Assembly: GCA_012295275.1 (NCBI GenBank)
Contig: CM022670.1
Location: forward strand, 10,354,001-10,418,000
Origin: Chrysomallon squamiferum
Lineage: Eukaryota > Animalia > Mollusca
Length of the DNA: 64,000 nucleotides
Reading direction: 5' to 3'
Below the pieces are notes generated by a model. That model was given only the letters and a program-made list of their open reading frames with translations, was not told the origin of the DNA and made no database searches. Both the position numbers and the translations under genes were made by a program. Below, piece after piece: positions 27,981 to 41,749 of the stretch. Each line of letters starts with the position of its first letter. The first letter of the stretch is position 1.

Positions 27981-29260
27981 GCAATAATAATATTATAATC
28001 AAACAAAAGATCATTGTATATATTTCATGTTGCTATTGATGTTGTTACACTGCTGCCGATTCCATTATTATTAAATTTCTCTAGAAACACTATACAATTA
28101 AATATATTTTTTCTCTAGATTAGAGTTCTTTAGATATATACAAATCAGTAATTTGTTTTACTACAGGGCTTTATAATACGAATTGCATTTACATAGGAAA
28201 TAAAATAATTATAAACAGTAGAATCTACTTTTAAATAATCAAATTGTCATTCACTACTTGAAAATAAATTGAAACGTGTTTCAACAAATAAATAAAACTG
28301 CTTTTCTTTTTTCCATATAACCCGTATTACATAACAATAGCAATAATTCTCAATAATATTTTGATTGGGTCACTGTTTACATCTATTTTCTGTAATATTC
28401 TGATAAAATCATTCTCCGTATTCGAGGATTACTGAAATTGTATAGGCAATAAAGAAAATATTTATTTATTTATTTTTTATTCATTTATTTATTTTTTATT
28501 CATTTATTTATTTTATATTTATTTATTTATTTATTTTTATGAATTTTAGGCTAAACCATTTGGCGAACATGTGTTAACACGCTTTTATCTAGTTAAAAAT
28601 AAAGTTAAAATTTATTGTTTTCTACAAAGTTAAAAATGATCTGAAAACGTTTCCACCAAGCAGTTAATTCAGTTGAAAATTAATTCTGTTTCAAAACCAA
28701 GATCAGTTTTGATGTATTCAAAATGAGAAAAAAAAAAAAAAAATTAAATAACAAAAAAAATAAAAAATAAAAAGAAACCAAGTATTCAAGAATGGTGTTG
28801 TTTTTTTAATTTAATTTAAATTCAGTAAATACATATTCTTAAAATTATTTCATCATAAAAGTATACAAAATATTATTTTTTCAACATTTTTCTTCATGAG
28901 TTAAAGGCGAATTCATATGTAGAAATGATTGTTGCACAGATGATTGCCAAATTAATCTGAAGGTTTCAAAAATTGATACGAATTATGTTCTGGTTCTTGA
29001 AAATGTCGGATATAAAAATATCTACTGACAACGGAATGTACTTTTTGTAAGAAAGAGTACGAATTTTACAAACTTCAGCTCAAACAATATTTTTAAATAC
29101 AGTGAATTTATTGTAAGATTAAAAAACAAAAGAATTATTTTTTCATTTAACATACACAAATATATGCCATTAGTTTAAAGACTTTTATGACCCCATAATT
29201 CTCGTGTATTGTCTAAGTTCTCGGAATACTGCATTAATCCAATAAAATATTTTTGATACA

Positions 29261-29297
<37 letters not shown>

Positions 29298-31399
29298 GTT
29301 ATAAATTATAATTATAATCGTTATTATTATAATTATTTTTGTTGTTATTACTGTTGCTGTTGTCGTTTTTATTGGGGTTTTTTTGGGGTTTTTTTTATTG
29401 TTGCTGTGTAAAGTAAATCCAGGTTACTTTATTGTTTCTAACTTAAAACGAAAGATGCAACATATAAATGTCCCATCAAAACAAATTTTCAAATCATCTG
29501 AAAGAGAAAACGCGAAAGATGGAAATATGCCGTCGTAATTGCTGCTGCATCCCAGGCGACACTTTCGCATCTCCTGTGCATCCACGTTCGTGACAGTGGG
29601 CCATTTCTAACACGTTGCTGCCCACGGCCAAATTAAGGTCGTCATTGCTGATGATATTTTTCATTGTTTCGCATGCAAATGTTATTGTATTTACCACCGT
29701 TATACATGGCACGAGAGGACGAGAGTGTCATTTTGAATTTGCAGGTCGCTGTGGGATTTCTGAATAGCTGTAAAGAGCGGGCAGTAATCTATGAAGATGC
29801 TAACTCAACCGTACACGTCGTAGACGTGTCCCCAGTGTTCTCTGTACATGGGGGTGATGCCTAGAATGGATTACGCTGAATTTTATGTTCGAAATAATGG
29901 GTTTTAAAAAAAGAAAAAATTATTTGTATATGCCATTTTTAAAGTCTGTATGTGTGATTTTTTTCTGTGTCGATTTGTATATATATCTGTGTGTGTATAT
30001 GTGTGTGTGTGTATCTGAGTATGTCCATGCATTATGTGTGCATGTGTGTGTGTATGTGTGCATGCATGTATGTACGTATGTGTTTGTGAGCATGTCCGTG
30101 ATGTATATATGCATGTATTTAGCTATATGTGTGTGTATGTATGTATGTATATATGATTTGTTACCTATTAGAGTACTGCGACCCATAATATAATTTAATC
30201 TATCCATGGAGAAGATCACGTTTGGAACCTTTCATAGATACTAATTTCTTTGAACTATCGTATTCTGACACAATATCCTTACATCAAGTCGTCCCGAATT
30301 TTACCAACTACACCATCAATACACGCAACCCACGCTAACAGCTGTCTTGACAAAACACACAACGCATCTTCATCTCCAGACCTGAATAGAAACCCGACGA
30401 GGACGTGTTTGCCCGCGAGGTGGGCAGTGGCTTGGTAATCCTGGTAATTCGTCACAGGTCAGGAATCCCGTGTTGTTCGCTTTGTAACGCTTTGTGTTCC
30501 GACAGGTGAACGTCGGTAATGGTAGATCCAGTTACCGCGAAGACGTCGTCGCGAGGGATAAATACACACGCCAAAACAAAAACTGTTTGTAATAAAGAGA
30601 TCAGAAATCGGGGTCGTGATTAGTTGTATTATTGATGTTGTTGTTGTTGTTGTTGTTGTTGTTATTATTATTATCATTACTATTATTATTACTGTTGTTA
30701 TTTTTGTTTTTTGTTTTTTATTTATTGTTACTGTTATCATTATTATCGTTGTTGTTGTTGTTGTCATTTTAATTAATATTGTTCTTTTTCTTGTATTAAA
30801 GTTACAAAATCAAAAATGAAATGATAATAGTAATTATAAATAAATAAATAAACAAGCAACATATTTCTTGTTTGAATTTATTAATCATAAAATGATTGCA
30901 TAATAAATATATTTGAAAAAAAATAATCGAGTTTCGTAATTTTTTTCTTCCAGTTGAAATATCTGATTCATATTTAGCCATTAAATTTCCTGACTTTTTT
31001 ATATTCTTTTGCTTTGTAAATGAAATATGCATATCAAACCACTAACATTTTAGAATTATTTTAATTCAAAACAATTTTGACAGCAATTGTAGACTGACTG
31101 CTTTAAGAATTTTGCCACCAACAAATCCAAAAACGTTTTGTTATAATTAAATCAATAATAATAACTAGAACAAGAAATTTAATAGCATTTGAAGAGAAGC
31201 ATTTCCGATTAAACAAACACACGATCAAAACAAGATATTTTTTTTTTTTTTAAATTGCTATTTACACCACCAAAATATTTCTTTACAAAACTGTGGAAAT
31301 TGAAGCGTGACTTGGTGAATTGTTTTTTTTACCTGAATTTTGATTGAATGACATCCATACCCACCGAGACAAATTAAAACTCTATTGTCCAGACATGTT

Positions 31400-31590
31400 G
31401 CAAATCATTGATGTTTCGTGGATCGCGTGCGCGCTCTCTGAAACGCGCCAGTCACGCGAGGGCTATTTGATGGCGGCCGATTGGCCCGGACCCGACTCGC
31501 GTGGCGGGAAAAGGTGTCACGGTTTGGACAGCAGACGACAATAGAATGTTTTGTGAAAAGTGTTTTGCGGTTTGACTTGCGGTTGTATGA
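31400..31590. promoter_or_regulatory. Promoter-like CpG island with no visible gene
   Basis: YY1 core ATGGCGGC 31470-31477, GATTGG 31479-31484 and E2F TGGCGGGAAA 31502-31511 within 45 bp, immediately followed by (GA)n. Confidence 0.45.
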
Positions 31591-31599
31591 AGAGAGGGT

Positions 31600-31666
<67 letters not shown>

Positions 31667-31815
31667 CAAAACAAACAGGCCAAATGGTTTGATTTTTTTG
31701 TCCATTTACCACTTGAAAAGTCACGTTGTAAAACACATCTTTGATATAATTGAAGTCATTAACTGGCATTTAATGAGGACCTTAAAAAAAATTGGTCATG
31801 TGTTTGTTCTGTCGT

Positions 31816-31848
<33 letters not shown>

Positions 31849-34270
31849 GTCCCAACGAGTTTTATTTCGTTATGAACAGAATGCTGGTTTGAAAAACATG
31901 CTGCTGCCTTCTGAAATTGAAATTTTCGTTTTCATTTCACAATTATTACAAGCTAGATAATATAATTACTTTTCTAACTATAAATATTTTGTTTAATGCA
32001 GCTGTTATTTCGGTACCAAACAATTTTATATATTTTGCCTAACTGAATATTGTATGAGGGTAAACATTAAACATGAAATGTATTTTTTGTTGTTTTATTT
32101 TATTTAGTGAAAAAAGAAATAAAATAAAAGATTTTGTAACGTGCAAAAGATTCAAAAATATGCTTATTTTGATTTTATTTTCCTTTTCTTCATTTACGTG
32201 GTCTTTTCTTTACTTGAAGAGAATGATTTTATTTTATTTATTCTATGCAATACCGTAAAATACCTGTAACTATAACAAGAAAGCACGAGGAACTTAAAAC
32301 ATTTATTTATATGGTGGTCTTGAAGAGAATGATCAGCGAAATATACATACAGCAGATGGTGGACTAGAAAAAAAAACACAAAATCAAATTAATAATTTGT
32401 AACAATACTTGATTAATGGACATTACAAACACTAACATAAAGATATCTGGGCATAACAAGAGTCATCTGCAAATTCGTTCGTTAAAATTACCGTAAGTAT
32501 TAATTTTCTGTTTTCATGCCTACATTTAAAAATTATCTAGGTAAACAAGAAAAGTGTGCGAGTGCTGGTAGTGGCAGTGTCTCTATCACATTCTGAAAGA
32601 AAACAATAAATTTTCTGTTGCTTGTAAAAGGATGAAATCTTTTTTTGTTTTTGTTGTTGTTGTTTTTTATTGTCTTGCAAAAGTATTTATAATTTTTTTT
32701 TCATTTATATTTTTGTTGTTAATATTTAAAATAAAATAATCATTTCTTCATCTTCTGACTTATTTCGTTTTTCTTTTCATTATTTTTTTTTAAAACTTTT
32801 ATTTAGTTACTTTATTATTATTATTTTTCGTTATTTTTATTTTATCTTGTTTTAAGAATTTTTTTATTTATTTATATATTTATTTATTTATAATTGGTTT
32901 ATTTTATCTTGTTGTTTTAATTTTTATATATTGTTTTTTTTTTTTTTCGTTTTTTTTAATTTAAATTTAATTTTATTTTATCTTGCTTTAATAATTTTAA
33001 TATTTATTTATTTTTGTTATTTTTAATTTATTATATTATTTTATCTCGATGTTTTAAGAAATTTGGTTCAAACGATTTAACAGCAATAATATTACAATAA
33101 AAAAATATTATATAAATTAATGCTGTTTTCGTTCAGTCTGAATTAAGATGTGTACACTTGAAAACAACAACAACTACAACAATAATAATAATAATATGAG
33201 AACGACAAAAAACTAGAACTACAATAAAACAATGCGAATATATATATATATAGTATACTACTACTACTAATAAGAACATGCGAATATGTATAGATGTATA
33301 TAGATGATTAACGTTAAAAAAAGTAACAAAAATATTAGATCAAGTATTTGACATACGCTGCAACCTTTAAACCCGGGTTACGCGAATATGAAAAACGCCT
33401 ATACAAATTATCGCATTGTTCCTCGTTAGTACCTCGGGCAGTCTGCAACCAAAACAGTGAAGCCAGTTGTATAGTGGACACCACAGCAGATGATGTTGTT
33501 AACATATTTCATTGTTGTGTTTGCTCTTCAATTCGTCAAGGGAATCAAGTCTTCCCAGCGTGCCACGGGATTAAATTCAGTGTAAGAAAATGGGGACGGC
33601 AACTGAAATCGTTTTTTTTTTTTTTTTTTTTTTAAAAAGCAACGAGAATTTACAGCTTAACCATTTTGTGTTTTTAATCGAAATTAATTTATGTGAAATG
33701 AGTCGTACGTACTTTGGGGGGCAAACTTTCCTTCCCAAGAGACATGTGGTTTTTAGTGTTTTTATTATTATTATTTTTTTGTTTTGTACGTAAACAAAAC
33801 GTCGTGAATGAGAAGACTGGCAAATGAATCATGTTAAGGAAGAGTGGGTAAATTTTATTACTATTTCCACATGCATGCAGTTGCTGTTAACAATAGGGAC
33901 GACCTCGGTACCATCTGCCGGCAGAGTCCCCTTTGATCTATGCCACTACGATACTGAACGTACCGTGAAATAGTTCATTCAGTATGTGACTCACGCATTA
34001 CTTTTGTATTGTCGAAAATCAATATTGGAAAAATCTTAGATAAATCGGAGTACATGGTAATGGTTTTTATATTTCGCTTAGATCATTGATACATGACGTG
34101 CAGGCCAGTGTGTTTTTTTGGCTTGTGGTCATTAATAATTATATGAACAAAATAAAAAATGGTTTAAAAGGGCTGATAGAATTAGAATACGGTAATTAAA
34201 TTTTGTAATGTTAATAATGAATGTTTATGGTTGTTATACAATTATAAAATACATTTCTGCTCGATTCACA

Positions 34271-34356
<86 letters not shown>

Positions 34357-35085
34357 TCGAAAGGATGCTAAACAATCACCGACATTAATGGTTGCTAGAT
34401 TACTGAAGGATTATCTCAGAACGGCTTTATTTAAAAATTACTGAAACACAAAAAATGTAGGCTAAAAACACAACAAATGTTTTTAATTAACTTTTGAAAT
34501 TCGATTCTTTTCTTAATCCACACTATCAAAGTCTAATACATCCGGGTCTTGCGGCGATCTTTCCCAGACGACCGAGACACCACGAAAATAAAAGTCTGGT
34601 TATTTTGTTCTAAAATAAAATTTGACACGAGAAGCTGCTGAAACACTTAACCCTGTTATTATTCGTAATGACAGTATTATATGTTATCAACACCACGATC
34701 AGTTGTCGCAGCTACAGTATTCACACTAATTAACACGGGCATTCTAACAAAACGAAGAGGTAAAATTATAATGTCATTGTCGTCTTCTACCATTTTGTTT
34801 CCCATGCAAAATATAGGGCGTCCCATTTCAAAATAATTTAATATTGGGGTACACAAAAGATGTGGAAAAAAATTACATGTCATTCAGTTGTTCTCTGAAA
34901 ATGATTTTGACATTTTCTCATTGGTGCAACAAAAAAGAACATCTGCTTGCCGACTTACCATTTGACAAGACATCAAAGTTTCAATATGGCGGCAATTGTC
35001 GGTTACTGGGTTGATGTAAAATTGGGAATTAATTCGGACAATAATATTCCATTTACAATAACATTTTAAAAAGGTAATACATGCA

Positions 35086-35148
<63 letters not shown>

Positions 35149-35165
35149 TTCTTTTCTTCTTCTTC

Positions 35166-35198
<33 letters not shown>

Positions 35199-35255
35199 GT
35201 GAATTTAATTGTTAAGAAAAATCGTAAGACATTTTTTGTTTTCTTTGGATTTTAA

Positions 35256-35294
<39 letters not shown>

Positions 35295-35793
35295 TATGAT
35301 AATGATGATGATGATTATGTTAATGGTTAAACAACCATCTATCCATTCATCCTCACATGCATATACGCTTATACACATACACACAGAGACACACATAAAC
35401 CTACATAGGTACGTAGAAGCATATACACACATTTATACTTACTCACAAACACGTACATACATACTTACATACGTAGTACATACATACCTATATAAATAAA
35501 TAATTAAATAAATAACTAACTGTATATTTAGCCATAGGAAAGAAGGGAAGCAAAAAAAAAAAACAATCCAAAAAAAAAAAAAAGCTAACAAAACAACAAC
35601 ACAAATAAAAAACAAAACAACACAAACAAACAAGTAAGACTAGAAATACACTTATAATTCTTGATAATGAAAATTTTGCATTGTACTTAAATTTTATTAT
35701 TGTTGATGTTGTTCTTATCTATTTGCTTTTCAGTTGTTTTCATAATAATTACTAACACTTATTTATTTATTTATTGTTGTTTTTATTATCATA

Positions 35794-35829
<36 letters not shown>

Positions 35830-36520
35830 GGTATTATTATTATTATTTTTACTACTACAATTACAAAACGCACTCAGAACGGGACCTCTGTTCACGTGAG
35901 GTGAAATTGCTAACCAGATGGGCAATGGCTGTGTAATGGATGGTCTGAAACATCGACTGCAGCACGTGGACATTTGGGCAATCGTTTGTTTGCCATTTAA
36001 TTCTGCCACGCGCTTCACAGCAAAGGATACGGTCCCGCCTTCACAATACACCCTCGAAAACACGAAGAGAACGTTTGTTCTGCCGAGACCGTTAACGTCA
36101 CTTCTCCATAATGTTCTCCCCGTACAACGTTATTTTGTTTCCAATTCATTCGTATTTATTTTTTTTTTTTTTTTTTTTTATACAATTTTTTTTTTTTTTT
36201 TTTATGTCTGTAGTTAACGACCGTGATCTTTTGAATGCTTTCTTTACGTTTCCAACTGTGTAACATACCATGTTATTAATCGTGCACAGGTTACTGTTCA
36301 CTTGCCGTTAATCCAACACAAGTTACTGTTCGCTTTCGTTGATTTTTGTCATTCCTTGATTATTCGTCGGTTATAATTATGGGAAATTAACGATTTAGGT
36401 GAAAAGGGACGTAATACGTTAGTTAAATGGTGGCGTGTTCTTCTGCTGTTAGAGTGAGTTGGCGTTCACAATTACGTCAAGTGATTTCAAAGAGAGTCGT
36501 ATTATTGTCGTTCTTTTTTT

Positions 36521-36600
<80 letters not shown>

Positions 36601-37129
36601 GGCGGGCGCTGATAATGTTAAAGTACAATAAAAATAAAGCGTTCTTTGTAATAATTATTATAGAAAGCGTAGACATTATCATAATCTTATTAATTAATAA
36701 TTTGTAAGATAAAACGAACAGATGTTTATAAGAAAGAGAATAAAAATCTTAAATGTATGACCATCAACAACAGCAATAGTAATATTAGTAGCAGTATTAG
36801 CAGCAGTAATAATAATAATAATAATAATCATCATCATCATAATCATAATAGTAGTAGGAGTAGTAGTGGTAATAGTAGTACTACTAGTAACAGTAGTAGT
36901 TATAATAATAATAATAATAACGATAATACGTCGGTATTGATTAAAATGAAATTAAACTGGGCATCATATTAGTATATACGTTGACAGTATTAATGGGAGT
37001 GGTTTAAAAATAATATTACTATACTGACAGTATTGCTACAGTGTAGATAAAAAATGACACTGGATATGTATGACTACAGTGTAAATCAAATGGCTACATC
37101 ACATATCATACAGTTAAACAGTCTATTAG

Positions 37130-37380
37130 ATTGTATATCGTATTAATGCAGGGATATATTACATTACTTAATTATATCAGTATTGTATATCATTTTAATA
37201 CAGGGATATATTAAACAAACGCATTATATTGCATAATTATATCAGTATTGTATATCGTATTAATAAAGGGAAATATATAAAACAACTCATTACACTGCAT
37301 CATTATATCAGTATTGCACATCGCATTAATACAGGGATATATTAAACAAACGTATTACATTGCATAATTATGTCAGTACT
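37130..37380 (+). repeat. Minisatellite, ~65-bp unit, about 4 copies
   Basis: ATTATATCAGTATTGTATATC...AATACAGGGATATATTAAACAAACG recurs at about 37171, 37236 and 37302, with partial units at both ends. Confidence 0.85.
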
Positions 37381-37524
37381 TCAGTGTAGATAAAAAAGAG
37401 ATTGTTATTCTGATAATGTTATTACTACATTGATAGATAAATAATATACTTCAATGCAGTGATATTACTACCATGTTTTTTAAACTGTTATTATGTAATA
37501 TTATTATAGGATAGATTAAATGTA

Positions 37525-38232
37525 CAGTATTCCCTCGCTATTCGCGGGGGTTACGTTCTTTACCCCCCCGCGAATAGCGAAAAACCGCGAATATTGGATG
37601 CAGTTTTAAAACGTCTATTATGAGATTATATACGGTACTAAATGCTTCCCAAACACTTTCTAAAGACACTCTTACTCATTAATACAGTAATAATGTAGTA
37701 ATATTGCACGCAGTTATGTATTTCACTAATGTAGTAATGATAATGTAAACACATTTTAATTTTGTACTGAAACAATATTTTAATCAGAAAGAAACGTAAG
37801 TACAGGAGGACAGTAACACCGCATAGCATAGTTACCCATACTGTATTACTGTACCGTAAAGTCATTTTCTATGCGTACAACATATGTATTAGAATTGACA
37901 GAAAGTGGAACAGACAGATAAATACAGTACGCACAGTTCAAGTAATTATAATACAATTCAGTAATAATATGCAATTAAAAATATTATTAATACACGGTCA
38001 CAAAAAATATGCACTGTGCATACAGTGTATGCATTTATAAAAAAAATACGTACTGTATTGCAATAATAATTGAAAAAATTTGATATTGTTTGTGCGGTTT
38101 ACCGAGCATTTGTTTTTATGACGTTATGACGCTAGCCTGGTATACCAGCATGCGATGCGATAGGGTTAAGAGCCTAACCCGCGAATATGCGGAGCCGCGA
38201 ATGGGGAACCGCGAACAGGCGAGGGTATACTG
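37525..38232. mobile_element. 708-bp non-autonomous pogo/Tigger-like DNA transposon (MITE)
   Basis: TA|CAGTATTCCCTCGCTATTCGCGG ... CCGCGAACAGGCGAGGGTATACTG|TA. TA target-site duplication on both sides, repeated subterminal CCGCGAA motifs at both ends, and a 16-bp internal inverted repeat TCGCTATTCGCGGGGG/CCCCCGCGAATAGCGA at the left end. Confidence 0.9.
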
Positions 38233-38691
38233 TACTGTGTATTATATTCCATATATATTTTATTATATGAAGTAACAGATAAAACAGGGTTACTTTTGTA
38301 ATTTGTCATTAGAGTGATAGATTAAACATTTTATGTATGACATTTTATGTATCATATCACTATAGTGACAGACGCGAAACAAGGTATATTACATATCGTA
38401 TATTACATGTCGTATCGCATTTGTAGTGATAGATAAAACAGTTATAATATCCAGCATATCTTGTTGGTTTAAGCACAATATTACACTGTCAAAACAACAT
38501 ATTACACAGATTAGATTATTCAGCTTATTACAAATGTTATAAGTTATGTTTGCATTAGATTAATGCAGTATTATGGTGCCCTATTTTTATTGGTACAGTG
38601 CAAAGTAATATGAGCTGATGCTTTTGAAAAATCATGGTAATAGTAATAATTATTATCAGTATTAGCAGTTATAATAATAGGTAATTATAAG

Positions 38692-38696
38692 AAGTT

Positions 38697-38754
<58 letters not shown>

Positions 38755-38871
38755 TAATAATGATAATAATAATTATAAAAACAATGAAACTTAATAAGAT
38801 GTAATACTAATACTAATACTATTAATAATAATGATAATAATAATTATAATAACAATTAAACATAATAAGTT

Positions 38872-38932
<61 letters not shown>

Positions 38933-39164
38933 TAATAATGATAATAATAATTATAAAAACAATGAAACTTAATAAGATGTAATACTAATACTAATACTAC
39001 TAATAATAATGATAATAATAATTATAATAACAATTAAACATAATAAGTTGTAATAATAATAATAATAATAATGATAATAATAATAATGACAGTTAAACAT
39101 AATAAGTAGTAGTAATAATAATAATAATGATAATAATAATTATAGTAACAGTTAAACATAAGTT

Positions 39165-39218
<54 letters not shown>

Positions 39219-39260
39219 TAATAACAGTTAAACATAATAAGATGTAATAATAATAATAAT
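38692..39260 (+). repeat. Higher-order tandem repeat (~175-178 bp unit) built on (AAT)n
   Basis: Two near-identical units start at 38692 and 38867 (AAGTTG-(TAA)n-...AAAAACAATGAAACTTAATAAGATGTAATACTAATAC...AATTAAACATAAT), followed by shorter degenerate units containing GTTAAACATAA. Confidence 0.85.
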
Positions 39261-40114
39261 TTAGCAGTGACAAAGACAGTAGCAAAATCAGCTACAGTAC
39301 TGCAACGTTAATTTGTTATGAAAGCGATTCTCGGTTTGTCGCTGAAATCTTTAATTTAAACTTTAATTGTATATGTTTCTAAATCTAATTACTTCTCTCC
39401 CTCTCTCTTTTTATTTTCTTTATTTTTTTTTTTTTTTTGTGCTCTTCTAAATAGCATCTAAAGTAACAATCACTGCGACATTAATTTTAAACTTTCAAAC
39501 TGACAATATCAGTTAATTTGGACAGGAACCTGGCACAAAAGACCAGCGATGCATCAACGTTTGCCTTGCGCAAACATGTGCACGACTTAACGTGAGCGAA
39601 AAGTAACATGTGCACGCGACAGAAGGCGCCAAAAAAATTAGCATAATCCAATTACGGCAAGTACATCATCAAAGATTACGCAAAGCCTTGAAAAAAAAAA
39701 AAAAAAAATAAGCCTTGCAAATCAGATCTGAGGCGCAAGGACGCAAACAACGCAACAAAAACGTGCCACGCTTCACTGACAAAGAAAATGCCTTTCGTAT
39801 ACGAAACTAATATACAATAACAGAGGCTGGCTCTGTGTGTGTCAAGTTCGTCGGAGGCAGTTTTGTGGGTTTCGCTTTGACGGAGAAAGGTGAAATGCAG
39901 CACATGACATCATTCAGACGCCCGTGTGGACAGACACAATCGTACACATGTTGCCTATTTATATCATACCTCCGAGTATTACTTGTAAAGAATGGAAATT
40001 ATAATTGCGGTTATTTTCTTTATTTTTTTTATTTTTTTTTTTTTTTTTTTTTTTTTCGTTTTGTAATATTAAGGGATAAATTAGTTCTGTTACATTTATA
40101 TGATGGAGATTTTT

Positions 40115-40164
<50 letters not shown>

Positions 40165-40379
40165 TAATATAAATTAAATTTTTTAAATTTATTATTATGT
40201 TATAACTATTAAAAAAAAAAAAAAAAAAAATCGGTAGAATTGAAAGTAAAAATCTAATAGTGATAGAAACACAATAGAAAGTTATGAAGATTTAAAAAGT
40301 GATGAGAAATGTTTTAATGTACTTTTAATAGCCAAAACAGATTTTAAAATATCACTATACACATTTGCACGCACGCACG

Positions 40380-40461
<82 letters not shown>

Positions 40462-40560
40462 CGGAGGAAATAATCATTACTTATTTTGCTATTAAAATTT
40501 TTGATTTCTTTTCATGCAAGGATTAAAAGCGTCGTGTATGTTAAGAACAAAAAATATATT

Positions 40561-40644
<84 letters not shown>

Positions 40645-41030
40645 CTCTCTCTTTCTCTCAATATATGTATTCTAAAATGGCACGCCAAAACAGAGACTAG
40701 AATGATAAAAAAATCAACATATTTATCATTTTTACTCGAAACTAGATTTCGCTGTTAATAAGCTGTAAATTACATGTTATTAACTGCAGTAATTTTTCTG
40801 GAATTCTTGTGTTCACATTATATAAAAACGTATTTAGCGTACGTAAGTAAATACGTAAGTTCGTAGGTATATTAGCAAATAAAGAAGATATACAACTATT
40901 ACTTCAACTTTTACCACTACTATTACTACCATTACTACTGCTGCTGCTACTACTACTACTACTATACATCCGAAGGAATTACGTAGACAAGGCAACTTTG
41001 GTAGTAATTAAATCACTGAAGGTAACGGTA

Positions 41031-41068
<38 letters not shown>

Positions 41069-41201
41069 TCTATTACTGCTGCTGTTGCTGCTTCTACTAT
41101 TATTACTACTACAAGACTACTAATGCTACTCATAATAATTAAAATAAACAAATGAATAACTATTAACTAGAGATAGTAACAAATTAAATGAGAAAAACGT
41201 T

Positions 41202-41531
41202 CATATTCATTTCCGTGTGTTATTCCTACTAATTGTTTTAAACAGCAGTAGTAATGATCATTCACACACACACACACATACACTCAGACACACACTCAGA
41301 CACACACACATGCACACACACAGACACACGCACACACAGACACACATATTATAAACATATAAGTTAGCGACTCGGTAGCCAAAGTGATGATGAATACAAT
41401 AAATGATAAAGATGAAATTACATTTTCATATAATTATATCAGTGGAGGATTAATGTGGATTAATTTAGCTAGTTTTTGTGATGGTTATATATTTTGGTTA
41501 TATATATTGGTTTAACATTATGTCTAAAATT
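41202..41531 (+). repeat. Dispersed duplicated segment, copy A (no MITE)
   Basis: ATTCATTTCCGTGTGTTATTCCTACTAATTG + CA tract + GGTAGCCAAAGT...ATAAAGATGAAATTACATTTTCATATAATT...GTGGAGGATTAATGTG...TGGTTTAACATTATGT is colinear with 46312-47267. Confidence 0.85.
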
Positions 41532-41749
41532 AAAAATGAAGAGAACAGATAAAAGTATTGAATAAGTACAACAATGATTTATAGATAATCAAAAATGTAT
41601 TTCCCTGGGTTTTCGCTTTATCCTAAATATTAATGTATTGCGAGACCTTTTTGCCTCTGTTCTTTTGATTTATACACGTGTTACATCTTTAACTGTTGGC
41701 TGTTGTCTTCATTGTTCAGCAAAGCTCTGGCTAATTATCGAATATTACG

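Noticed and set aside
29731-29864. Possible terminal exon after TTTTGAATTTGCAG (VAVGFLNSCKERAVIYEDANSTVHVVDVSPVFSVHGGDA*)
   Set aside because: No partner exons and no recognised homology; acceptor-like sequences are common.
34645-34900. TTAACCC as a possible piggyBac end
   Set aside because: No matching opposite terminus with a TIR was found.
37130-37380. Regularly spaced repeats superficially like a CRISPR array
   Set aside because: Whole units are repeated with no unique spacers, there are no cas genes, and the context is eukaryotic; it is a minisatellite.
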